Below, piece by piece: positions 47,351 through 56,170 of a stretch of DNA of 64,000 nt. The number at the start of each line of letters is the position of its first letter. Within the stretch, counting starts at the first letter, position 1. Location: NCBI GenBank assembly GCA_963749195.1, contig CAVVLX010000007.1:2036-66035 (forward strand). Reading direction: 5' to 3'. A program made the translations under genes and the position numbers. This DNA comes from an uncultured Thermoplasmata archaeon (GTDB taxonomy: Archaea; Thermoplasmatota; Thermoplasmata; Lutacidiplasmatales; UBA184). Under the pieces are notes generated by a model. The model worked only from the letters and a program-made list of their open reading frames with translations, was not told the origin of the DNA and made no database searches.

Positions 47351-48325
47351 ATGGATGCGATCGTCACCGAGAACCTGACGATGAAATATGGCGCCCTCGT
47401 AGCGCTCGACCACGTCTCGATCCGTATCCCAGACCGATCGATCTTCGGCCTGCTCGGGCCAAACGGGGCGGGCAAAACGACCATGATCAAGCTGCTCACC
47501 GCGCTGGTCCGACCGACGGACGGCGACGCGACGGTCGCCGGTTACAGCGTGCGGCAGAATCCGTACAAGGTCAAGGAACGGATCGGCTGGGTCGCGGCGG
47601 AGGTCATCCTCGATGACGACCTGACCGCATGGGAAAATCTCTGGCTGCAGGCCAAGCTACAGAATCAGAAAGATTGGCAGAATCGCGCTCGGGACCTCTT
47701 GGCGTACTTCGGGCTCACCGACCGGACCAAGGACCGCGTGGGTCGATTTTCCACGGGAATGCGCAAGAAGCTCGAGATCGCCCTCGCCTTGCTGCATCAA
47801 CCCTCCGTGATTTTCATGGATGAGCCGACGATCGGCCTCGACCCGGCAACGCGGGGAATGCTGTGGGAGTTGACGCGCGGGATCAACCGGGAATTCGGCG
47901 TCACGATCTTCCTGACGACTCATTACATCGAAGAGGCGGACGCCCTCTGTGAAACGCTGGGCATCCTCGAACGCGGAAAGATCGTCGCCCTCGGCTCGCC
48001 CTCCGAACTGAAGAGCCGAGTGGGCGGCGACGTCATTGAGCTCGAGAGCGCTCCCCCCGTCGACCCCCGCATTCTCAAGACTTTGGTGGGAGTTCAGGAC
48101 GTTCGGGATCACGGAAAGTCGCTACTGATCAAGGTCGCGTCCGCGGAACAGACGCTTCCCGCCCTCTTGCGAGTTCTCCCGAGCGAGGGGGTCCGTCGGA
48201 TCAATGTGGAGAAACCCAACCTCGAAACCGTCTATCTGGACCTGACGGGGCGACGGTTGTCGGAGGAGGACACGCACGTCGATGTGCGCAAGTTCTACTC
48301 GGCGATTCGGAGGGCCCGCCAGTGA
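47351..48325 (+). CDS. ABC transporter ATP-binding protein (DrrA-like, ABC-2 exporter)
   Basis: Walker A GPNGAGKTT, signature variant FSTGMRKK, Walker B VIFMDEPT. Confidence 0.9.
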   Translation: MDAIVTENLTMKYGALVALDHVSIRIPDRSIFGLLGPNGAGKTTMIKLLTALVRPTDGDATVAGYSVRQNPYKVKERIGWVAAEVILDDDLTAWENLWLQAKLQNQKDWQNRARDLLAYFGLTDRTKDRVGRFSTGMRKKLEIALALLHQPSVIFMDEPTIGLDPATRGMLWELTRGINREFGVTIFLTTHYIEEADALCETLGILERGKIVALGSPSELKSRVGGDVIELESAPPVDPRILKTLVGVQDVRDHGKSLLIKVASAEQTLPALLRVLPSEGVRRINVEKPNLETVYLDLTGRRLSEEDTHVDVRKFYSAIRRARQ

Positions 48326-49098
48326 CAGGGAGCCAGATCCAGGGGCTCTATGTGCGCGAGCTGACCCGATTGTATCGGAATCCGGCGGTCTTGATCATGA
48401 CGTTTGTCCAGCCGTTCATGTGGTTGGCCTTCTTCGGTAGTAGTTTCTCCGGGCTCTCGACCGCCGAGCTCGACCAGTTCTTTCACACCAATGCTACGAA
48501 CTACATTCAATTCCTGTTACCCGGGGTTCTCTCGACCTCCCAACTCACGATCGGAATGTTCGCCTCGATGAGCACGATCCAAGACAAGCGGTTCGGGTAC
48601 ATGAAACGAATTCTGTTGACGCCGACCGCCAAATCTACGGTGTTTCTCTCGAAGGTTCTCGGGGCGACCACGCGCGGCCTCATTCAGATCCCCATCATGA
48701 TCGCCGCCGCCCTTGCTTTCGGGGTCCGGTTCCCCGCGGACCCGCTCCTCTGGATGGGGTGGATTGCGACCCTCTTCCTGCTGGGATTGGGGTTCACCTC
48801 CCTGTTCATGGCCGTCACCGCATCGAGCACCGATTGGCAGACCCCGGGCGTCGTGTCAAATTTCATCACCATGCCGCTCATGTTCTCGAGTGCCGCCCTC
48901 TTTCCGCAGACCAATTTTCCCGAATGGATGCTGCTCATCTCTCGGGCGAACCCCATCACCTACGCCGCGTTGTTCGGACGGGCGTTCGTGCTCGGGAATC
49001 CGGTCAATTGGTCGTATCTGGGCTACGTGGGACTATTTGCACTCGCGATGGTCGTGATCGGAACCCTCGTTTCCGAACGCTGGCTCAAGGTGGAATAG
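48322..49098 (+). CDS. ABC-2 type transporter permease
   Basis: 258 aa with six helices. GTGA overlap with the ATPase gene. Confidence 0.8.
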   Translation: MTGSQIQGLYVRELTRLYRNPAVLIMTFVQPFMWLAFFGSSFSGLSTAELDQFFHTNATNYIQFLLPGVLSTSQLTIGMFASMSTIQDKRFGYMKRILLTPTAKSTVFLSKVLGATTRGLIQIPIMIAAALAFGVRFPADPLLWMGWIATLFLLGLGFTSLFMAVTASSTDWQTPGVVSNFITMPLMFSSAALFPQTNFPEWMLLISRANPITYAALFGRAFVLGNPVNWSYLGYVGLFALAMVVIGTLVSERWLKVE

Positions 49099-49133
49099 GC
49101 CGCGGCCGGTTGGAAGACTCCCTCGAGAAAGTC

Positions 49134-49719
49134 ATGCCCGGATTCTTCGTCTTCGAACACCGCGGAACGGCCCAGACCCCGCCGCTGGCCAGGCCCCTTG
49201 CTTCGGTCTACCATCGCAGCTTCGAATCTGCCGCGCATCCGCCGACCCCGCAGGATGAAGCCGCCTTCGTCCCGTCGCTCGATCTCCATGCGACGCGGGA
49301 AGGGTTACGACCTGTGGACCGCGCGGTCTACGAAGAACGTGGAGATGGTCAGGTTCGTGTATGGATATCGAAGTGCGCGGGGTCAATATTGACAAGACAA
49401 GGTCACGGCTCCGTTGACACTCGAACTGCGACCCGATTGGTTCGCTTACGCTTTCGAGATTCCCGTGCTCGCAGTCCTTCCGAACTTCCAACGCCAAGGG
49501 GTCGGTCGTGCGCTGCTCGAACGTCTGTTGGCGGATCGGGTCGAGCGGACCGCGGTACTCACCGTCCTCGAAGATGTTCAACGCGCTGTGGATTTCTATC
49601 GGAATCTCGGTTGGATGGCGCTGGTCGAGCACTTTCAGTTTGGGGCGCGTACCCCTCGGTACACTCTCCTCGGCCGCTCTCTACGAACCGACGTTCGCGC
49701 GAACGACTACGCCAAATAA
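49134..49719 (+). pseudogene. GNAT-family acetyltransferase carrying a +1 frameshift and an in-frame TGA
   Basis: Frame 0 from the ATG at 49134 reads MPGFFVFEH...LASVYHRSFES...HATREG. The sense then continues in frame 1 (YDLWTARSTKNVEMVRFVYGYRSARGQY), which hits TGA at 49390-49392. It resumes as QDKVTAPL...IPVLAVLPNFQRQGVGRALLERL...AVDFYRNLGW. The track lists only the last 101 codons (49414-49719). Confidence 0.6.
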
Positions 49720-50294
49720 CCCGCCGTGGTGCGCCGAGGGTTGACGCGACGGCCTTCCGATCGAGCCGCCCATAGAGCCTCGAGCTCCAAATCGGAGTCA
49801 TCGACTTCGCGCTCCCGATTCCTGAGGCGAACAGGCGGAGGAACTCGGGGAGGCGTTCGAAGAGGCCTGTCAACACGTGGTCCGCGCGCCCGAGTATCGG
49901 GACGTCGTGCTCGGCGTACTGGCTCAACTCTCCATGACCCAAGTCGTTCCGGGCGCGCTTGGCTGGTGTCGTGAAATTCAACTTTCCGGGCGCCCGGGTA
50001 CGTCGAGAATATATCTCGTCCTTCGGCCGGCCACTTCGAAAGACCGAAGCGAACCTCCGTTGATCGGAATCGCACCCAAGGAGCTCGTGGTTCGCCACCC
50101 CTTGGCGAGCGATCCGAGCGTCGAGTTGCTCCTCCGTTCGACTGATCTCCCCCTGATTCCACGGCTCCGGGAAGTCGCGGAAGCGATCCGACTCGAGCTG
50201 GAGGCGGAGTGACGCTGGCTTTTGTATACGGTTTTTGGTTCCACTGTTGACTCGGTTGAAATAACCGCGGAGCACACGTTCTGCAGGGTCGGCC

Positions 50295-51263
50295 GTGGCA
50301 CTCCTATTCGAGTACGCGTTGATCGCCGTTGCGGTCGGGTTCGCATTCAGCATCGGCGCTCACTATACCGGGGCGTGCATGGGGATGCCCTACGCAGCCC
50401 GGGCGATCCGGCTCGGACCGGCGTTGCTGTTGATGGCCCCGCTCGCCTTTGCCGGCGCCGTCCTCGCCAGCGAACGGGTCGAGACGACGGTGGGTCACGG
50501 GATCCTCGGGGGCGGAACGGTCCTGATCCCCATGGCGTTCGCCATCGTTAGCGCGGCGTTCGCGTTGACGCTGATGTACAATTTTGTGCGCTTGCCCACG
50601 TCCACAATCCAGATCTTCGTGTTCTCCGTGGTTGGCGCCGGCATCGCCGACGGGTTTCCGATACTCTGGGGCACGGTCGGCGTGCTCCTGATTCTGTGGG
50701 CGATCGCGCCTTTCGCCGCGTTCGCGCTCGGCTACGGGGCGATCCGGCTGTGGGACTCCTGGCGGACTCCATCGGTCGGTCCTGCCCCCCTCACGCGCTG
50801 GGCCGGATTCGGACTCGTGACCGTGGGAGCGGTCGCCTCGTTTGCGATGGGCGCCAACGATGTGTCGAATGCGTCGGGATCGTTGGTAATGACCGGACTC
50901 TTCTCGTTGCTGGCTGCCGGGACGATCGGGGGCATCGGACTCGCTCTCGGGGTCCTCACGTGGGGTCGGCCCCTCCTCGATCGCGTCGCCTTCGACATTG
51001 TTCAGCTGGATCCGCGCATGGCGACCGCGGCGCAGTTCGCTCAGGCGGCCGTGATCTTAGCGTCGGTGACGTTCGGTTACTTTACGTCGATGAATCAGGC
51101 GCTCGTCGGTGCTCTGATCGGAGTGGGCGTCGCCCGCGGACAGGCCAGAACGCGGTGGAAGACGATTCGCGAAATCCTGATCGGTTGGTCGCTCGGCCCA
51201 GTATCGGGGTTTACACTTGCCTTCGTGGTGGCCCTCGGGATCCGCTCGGCCGGATGGACCTAG
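50295..51263 (+). CDS. PiT-family (PHO4) inorganic ion transporter
   Basis: 322-aa polytopic protein. The C-terminal signature FAMGANDVSNASG is canonical; the N-terminal copy reads FSIGAHYTGACMG. Confidence 0.75.
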   Translation: MALLFEYALIAVAVGFAFSIGAHYTGACMGMPYAARAIRLGPALLLMAPLAFAGAVLASERVETTVGHGILGGGTVLIPMAFAIVSAAFALTLMYNFVRLPTSTIQIFVFSVVGAGIADGFPILWGTVGVLLILWAIAPFAAFALGYGAIRLWDSWRTPSVGPAPLTRWAGFGLVTVGAVASFAMGANDVSNASGSLVMTGLFSLLAAGTIGGIGLALGVLTWGRPLLDRVAFDIVQLDPRMATAAQFAQAAVILASVTFGYFTSMNQALVGALIGVGVARGQARTRWKTIREILIGWSLGPVSGFTLAFVVALGIRSAGWT

Positions 51264-52453
51264 AGCGGCGCGTTCAGGATTTCGGATTCTTCGGGGCGCT
51301 CCCGCTTCGGCTCCGGGGCGGGGGCCGCAACGGCTACCAGGTCGAGCGGCACCGAATCGGAGGCAATCGCGCGGTCGAGTCCCACTTCCGCGATGTCCGT
51401 CGTGTACGCCGCGGTGCGTTCCAGGGACTGCAGGAGGAGTCCCAACGAACTGATCGTCCGGGGGGATAGCTGAGCGGAAGCTCCCCGCGCCAAGAATCGC
51501 TCGGTCAGGGTCGAGTGCGTCGACCGGAGCGCTTCGCCGGTGTCGATCACTTCGTTCGCGCGTTCGGCGTTCGGATGCTCGGCGACCTCGAACGCCGCGG
51601 AGAGACTATCGAGGACCTGCCCATGGTAGGCGCTCACGGCGCGAAGGATCGGGGGAGGGATGCCCTCTTGGCGCAAGGCGTGACCCAAAACGGCGATCGT
51701 GACTGCGTGATCGGCGATCCGTTCGAGGGCGCGGGCCAGGAGCAGCGAATCGACGGTCTCCTCCGAGGGACGCTCGGGGCCTTCGGCCGCCGGCCCTTCG
51801 AGCAGGCGCAGGGCGAGTACACGCTCGATCGTCCAGGCATGCCGATCGACCTCATCATCGCGCAGTTCGAATGGCTCCGGCGGGAGATCCTTCCCGGACT
51901 CCCAGGCTGCTCCGGCATCGCGTTGCATTCGCACGACGATCTGAAACATGCGATGCAACAGCTGCGGGATCGAAATCTGGGCCCCGCGCGAGACGTCCCG
52001 CAGCACCAGTTCCTCTCCCTCATCGGAGACGATCTCCGGCTGGGCGGTGCGTCGCGCGAACGTCCGGGCGATCTGACGGGTCTCGGGCGAGATCCCGCCC
52101 GTCTCTCGGAGAACGAATTCATTGGCCCCGCGGACGTAGGCGCCGACCAGGCGCCGGAAGAGATGCTCGGAAGGAACGTGCTTTCCGACCAGCAGGACGA
52201 CCCGGAGATTGCCGGCGTCGTTTCGGCCATCGCGCACGAGGATCGATCCGTCTCCGAGGCGCCGCAACCGAACCGCGCTCCCCGGCGCCAGCCCCCGGTC
52301 GCCCATCCAGGCGCGGGGCAGGGAGACTCCGACCGTGACCGCTCCCATTCGCTGGAGAAATCGCGTGGTCTCTTGCGTCGGTTCGGTGGGAGTGCGCGAG
52401 CGGCGACGGGAGTGGTTCGACTGCTCGGAACGTTCTAGCCTCGGAGGCGTCAT
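51260..52453 (-). CDS. phoU: AbrB/SpoVT-domain plus PhoU-domain phosphate uptake regulator
   Basis: The N-terminus RFLQRMGAVTVGVSLPRAWMGDRGLAPGSAVRL is a swapped-hairpin AbrB-type segment, followed by two PhoU-like helical repeats (ERIADHAVTIA, ERTAAYTTDIAE). It shares a CTAG stop overlap with the convergent PiT gene. Confidence 0.75.
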   Translation of the reverse strand: MTPPRLERSEQSNHSRRRSRTPTEPTQETTRFLQRMGAVTVGVSLPRAWMGDRGLAPGSAVRLRRLGDGSILVRDGRNDAGNLRVVLLVGKHVPSEHLFRRLVGAYVRGANEFVLRETGGISPETRQIARTFARRTAQPEIVSDEGEELVLRDVSRGAQISIPQLLHRMFQIVVRMQRDAGAAWESGKDLPPEPFELRDDEVDRHAWTIERVLALRLLEGPAAEGPERPSEETVDSLLLARALERIADHAVTIAVLGHALRQEGIPPPILRAVSAYHGQVLDSLSAAFEVAEHPNAERANEVIDTGEALRSTHSTLTERFLARGASAQLSPRTISSLGLLLQSLERTAAYTTDIAEVGLDRAIASDSVPLDLVAVAAPAPEPKRERPEESEILNAPL

Positions 52454-52474
52454 CGGGATAGTAGAAGCGCGCCG

Positions 52475-52505
52475 AGAATATATAGAATTCTTAATTAGAA
52501 TATAT
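52475..52505 (-). promoter_or_regulatory. A/T-rich promoter-like element with a 9-bp direct repeat upstream of phoU
   Basis: AGAATATAT at 52475-52483 and 52497-52505, 22 bp start to start. The first copy lies 22-30 nt upstream of the phoU ATG at 52453. Confidence 0.45.
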
Positions 52506-52570
52506 TTTGATACATAGGAATAGATAGTTACCGCCCTCGCCCTCGGAGGGGGGTTGGAGGGGGCCGCGTC

Positions 52571-53491
52571 CTACGAATGGGCCGTCAGTTCCCGGGCGAA
52601 CGCCCCGAGCATGATCGCCGCACTGGGGAGATTCCGCTGCGAGAGCTGCTCCACGTTCACGCCCAGCGGAACGGCAATCCCTCGGGTTCGGACCCCCTCG
52701 CGAACCTCGGTCCAGATGCGCAAGGCGTGGGCGATCGAACGCGCACCGGCCTCGCTCTCTTCCCCCTCGAGGATCGACCGTTCCGCCTCCTCGGGGAAAT
52801 CGCCGCCCAGCCACCGAATGAACTCCGCGTCCGTCTCATCCCCCACGGGAGCCAGGCTCAGGAGGACCGTCGCGGGCCGCAGCCCGGACTGACGGCACAA
52901 GAGATCGTATTCCAGGAGCAGCCGGAGGACGCTTTCGGAGTCGAAGAGAATTTGCGTCGTGAAGAAAGAGGCGCCGGCGCGCGCTTTGGCCAACATGCGA
53001 TGGGCTTCGCCGGCTCGTTGGGGGATGGCGATGTTGCCCAGCAACCCCCCCGCCCGCTGCACGAGCGATCGGCATCGGGCATCGGCTTCGATGACGGACG
53101 GTCCCGGATACGGAATGTATCGGCTACTTCCCCCGACGAGGATCACATGCTTCAGTCCTCCGTGGATAGTCTCCTCGACCCAGCCGGCGACGCTCTCGAT
53201 ACTGGGAAGGTGCGCCACGACCTTGTTCACGATCGCTTCCCGACCGGTCCGCTCCTGGATCTTCCGCCCAAAAGCTCGGACATCTCCGGAACGGTAGTAC
53301 GGTTGCCCGTCGTGGTTCTCGTCGACCAGCTCGGGAATGTCGATCGCGTCGACCCGCGGAACCTCTTGAATCAGGCGGACCAGCGATTCGAAGTGCTGTT
53401 CGGCTCGGGAAGGATTGACTCGCGAACCTTGGGGGACCGGCTCGAACAAGAGGGGGGTGGCCTCGACCGCCTCAGCCCACGATCTTGCCAT
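52571..53491 (-). CDS. methylenetetrahydrofolate-reductase-like protein
   Basis: From the ATG at 53491 (MARSWAEAVE...): HVILVGGSSRY, GNIAIPQRAGEAHRMLAKARAGASFFTTQILFD and LLSLAPV. The track start at 53767 overlaps the upstream gene and is rejected. Confidence 0.7.
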   Translation of the reverse strand: MARSWAEAVEATPLLFEPVPQGSRVNPSRAEQHFESLVRLIQEVPRVDAIDIPELVDENHDGQPYYRSGDVRAFGRKIQERTGREAIVNKVVAHLPSIESVAGWVEETIHGGLKHVILVGGSSRYIPYPGPSVIEADARCRSLVQRAGGLLGNIAIPQRAGEAHRMLAKARAGASFFTTQILFDSESVLRLLLEYDLLCRQSGLRPATVLLSLAPVGDETDAEFIRWLGGDFPEEAERSILEGEESEAGARSIAHALRIWTEVREGVRTRGIAVPLGVNVEQLSQRNLPSAAIMLGAFARELTAHS

Positions 53492-53637
53492 CGCCACCTG
53501 CCGTTCTCCAGTCGGGACGAAGGGGCGAGTCGTCCTGCGATATGAGGTTTGACCGATGGCGAACGTTGCAACCCGTGCAAACGACCGACACTCAGAGAAA
53601 AGGGACGATCTGTTCTGGTGATGGTTGGCCGACTCCG

Positions 53638-54504
53638 TCAGCCGCCGGGCGACCCGAGTCGGAACAATTCGATCGCATTGTCCGCCAGGATTCGTTCCTT
53701 CTCCGCCTCCCCGATGGGCAATTCCGTAATCAACCGAACGGCCGATTCCAGGGATTCTAGGGGCCAATCGGAGCCGAAGAGCACTCGGTCGGCATCTCCG
53801 ATCGTCATGATGAGGCGCTCGAGCTCTCGTTGGGTCTGCTCGAGCATTCGGCCGAAATAGCGAAGCGTTGGGTGCCCGAGAAGGCCGGACGTGTCCGTGT
53901 AGACGTTGGGATTTTTGTAGACGATCTCCGCGGTCTCGGAGATCCAGGGATTTCCCAGATGGCAGAGGACGAAGCGGACGTCGCGATACTGCACGGCGAC
54001 TTCGTCGACCTCGATGGGTCGGGCGTACTTGACCAGCCCTTCGGGGGTCAGCGTGTCCCCTTGATGGATCAAGACCGGCAGGTTCCGCCGGTGGGCGAAT
54101 TCATAGAACGGCTCCAGCCGCGAATCGTGGGGATAGAACGGATGATAGCCCGGAAATAGCTTGAGTGCGACCAGCTCGGGGAATTTCTCCCATTGCTCGA
54201 TGGCTTGGGCGATCGCGGCCGATCCTTGCAGGGGAGAGATGCTGGCCACCGGCCGAAGGCGACCGTGACTTCGCGTGAACTGATCACGGGCCTCCTGAAG
54301 CGCCGCCGCGGAACTGGGGACGAAGGCGTAGGGGATTGAAAGTGCCTCCCGGATTCCTTGAGCCTCCATTTCCTGAAGGAGCGTTTCCAGCGTGTTGGTC
54401 AGGTCGACCCGGTGGAGCGCGTTCGGGAGGCTGGGCCAGAAGTTGGTTCGGTGGACGTGGACATCGACCCGTCGACCGAACGCCAGCGTCGTGGCAGGCT
54501 CCAC
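53638..54504 (-). CDS. amidohydrolase-2 family (TIM-barrel metal-dependent hydrolase/decarboxylase)
   Basis: VDVHVH, LKLFPGYHPFYP, LPVLIHQGD, VLCHLGNPW and FGSDWPL. Confidence 0.85.
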   Translation of the reverse strand: MEPATTLAFGRRVDVHVHRTNFWPSLPNALHRVDLTNTLETLLQEMEAQGIREALSIPYAFVPSSAAALQEARDQFTRSHGRLRPVASISPLQGSAAIAQAIEQWEKFPELVALKLFPGYHPFYPHDSRLEPFYEFAHRRNLPVLIHQGDTLTPEGLVKYARPIEVDEVAVQYRDVRFVLCHLGNPWISETAEIVYKNPNVYTDTSGLLGHPTLRYFGRMLEQTQRELERLIMTIGDADRVLFGSDWPLESLESAVRLITELPIGEAEKERILADNAIELFRLGSPGG

Positions 54505-54595
54505 GACCTACGGTCAGATAATCCATGGCCTGAGCGGCCACAGGGAAGTTGATATGTTTCGTTCGCCGTGAAGCTCCCACACGAGGGAGCCCGCA

Positions 54596-56089
54596 ATGAC
54601 CGACCCTGCGCACTGGCTGAGCTATCCGGATGCGCCCCGCATCGTGCATCTTCCCCCCGGCCCGCGGTCGAAGGAGATGCTCGCTCGCCAATCCGAGTGG
54701 GAGTCCGAGGCGGTCGCGTATCCTCGGAATTTCCCGATCGCTATCCGGGCCGCCCAGGGCGCGACCGTCGAAGACGTCGATGGGAATCGATTCATCGACT
54801 GGATGAGCGGGATCTCGGTGTTGAACTTGGGTCATCGGCATGCGCGCCTCGCCAAAGCGCTCGAGGCTCAAGCGACCCGGATCTGGCACGCGCTCGAGCT
54901 CCCGACGGAGGCGCGACTGGCCTTTCTCGAGGAGATCCGCGCGTCCCTCCCCGGTGGGCTCCGCAATCGAGCGCGCATCCTGTTCACGGTGACCGGGGGC
55001 GATAGCATCGAGACAGCGGTCAATCTCGCGGATTACGTTCAGCGACGCCCGGGAACGGTCGCATTCTCCGGTGCGTATCACGGAGTTCATGGAGGGGCCG
55101 CGAACCTCACGAGCGGCAAGAAGTACCACCAGACGACGTCGTTCCATGGGGGCTCCATCATCCGGGTGCCGTATCCGGATCCCTATCGACCGATCCTAGA
55201 TTCCGATGGAACGACGCACGGTACCTTGCGCTATCTGGAACACCTGATTTCGGACCCGTATTCAGGGATCGACAGTTTCTCCTCGGTCCTGGTAGAGCCG
55301 ATTCTGGGCGAGGGCGGATACGTGGTGCCCCCCCCGGACTTCCTTCCGGCCCTGCGCGAGTTTTGCACCCGCCACGACCTCCTCCTCATTCTGGACGAAG
55401 TCCAGACGGGCCTCGGCCGTACCGGCAAGATGTGGGCGGCCGAGCACTCCGGCGTGACGCCCGATATCCTCTGCGTCGCGAAGACGATCGGCGGCGGACT
55501 CCCCCTCTCGCTCGTCGCGTATCGCGACGATCTCCCGCTCGCACTTCCGGTCGGCTTTCATCTCGGCACGTTCCGAGCGAACCCGCTCGCGCTCGCGGTC
55601 GGGGCCGAGGTGCTGCGGACGCTGCGAGACGAGGAGTGGATCGCGCGCGCGGCCCGCAAGGGCCCCCAGCTGCTCGAAAAGTTTCGGGACATCCAGCGGC
55701 GGCACCCCTCGATCGGGGATGTTCGTGGACAGGGATTCATGATCGGCACGGAGTTTGTACAGGACCCCCGCCGCCGTCAGCCGTGGGGGGATCGGGCAAA
55801 GGCGATGCGCCACGAGCTGTTGATGCGCGGCGTCCTGATGCATACGTGCGGGCCGTTCGACCAGACCTTGCGGTTCATGGCCCCGCTCGTCATCGAGGAC
55901 GAACTGCTCGACCGAGGGTTGGCCGCCTTCGAGGAATCGATCGGTTCCTTGGATAGCGGACCGGCCCCGGGTGCGCGAGCGCGAGCCTCTCCGGCGACGA
56001 TTCCGGGTCCCGAACCCTTTCCCTCCCGCCTTCCAGCCCCCGTCCATCCCATCCCGACCACCGTGCCGCCGGGCCGCACGCTTCCGTAG
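54596..56089 (+). CDS. class III aminotransferase, GabT/omega-amino-acid type
   Basis: ILDEVQTGLGRTGKMWAAEH and CVAKTIGGGLPLS (PLP lysine). Pro-rich C-terminal tail. Confidence 0.85.
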   Translation: MTDPAHWLSYPDAPRIVHLPPGPRSKEMLARQSEWESEAVAYPRNFPIAIRAAQGATVEDVDGNRFIDWMSGISVLNLGHRHARLAKALEAQATRIWHALELPTEARLAFLEEIRASLPGGLRNRARILFTVTGGDSIETAVNLADYVQRRPGTVAFSGAYHGVHGGAANLTSGKKYHQTTSFHGGSIIRVPYPDPYRPILDSDGTTHGTLRYLEHLISDPYSGIDSFSSVLVEPILGEGGYVVPPPDFLPALREFCTRHDLLLILDEVQTGLGRTGKMWAAEHSGVTPDILCVAKTIGGGLPLSLVAYRDDLPLALPVGFHLGTFRANPLALAVGAEVLRTLRDEEWIARAARKGPQLLEKFRDIQRRHPSIGDVRGQGFMIGTEFVQDPRRRQPWGDRAKAMRHELLMRGVLMHTCGPFDQTLRFMAPLVIEDELLDRGLAAFEESIGSLDSGPAPGARARASPATIPGPEPFPSRLPAPVHPIPTTVPPGRTLP

Positions 56090-56170
56090 AGGTTCGAGAG
56101 CCCTCGCTCGCTGGGAGGCCCTCTCGGCCGCGGTTCCGCCCTGGGCTCCCTCTCGAGTTTTGCGACGGCC

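Noticed and set aside
49390-49392. In-frame TGA at a likely Trp position, which might suggest TGA-to-Trp recoding or selenocysteine.
   Set aside because: TGA is a normal stop at several well-defined gene ends in this window (lysZ, oppD, integrase, YciI). The same gene also carries a frameshift, so gene decay or sequencing error is the simpler explanation.
51515-52438. Long ORFs antisense to, or out of frame with, recognised genes. Examples are 51515-52438, 52577-53545, 54284-55147, 55262-56047, 55890-56771, 61578-62612, 40891-41748, 41565-42338, 33163-33879, 10984-11730, 22882-23628, 48759-49775 and 36-542.
   Set aside because: Their translations are Arg/Pro/Gly/Ser-rich with no motifs. Each lies fully inside a gene whose product has clear family signatures, which is the typical high-GC shadow-ORF pattern.
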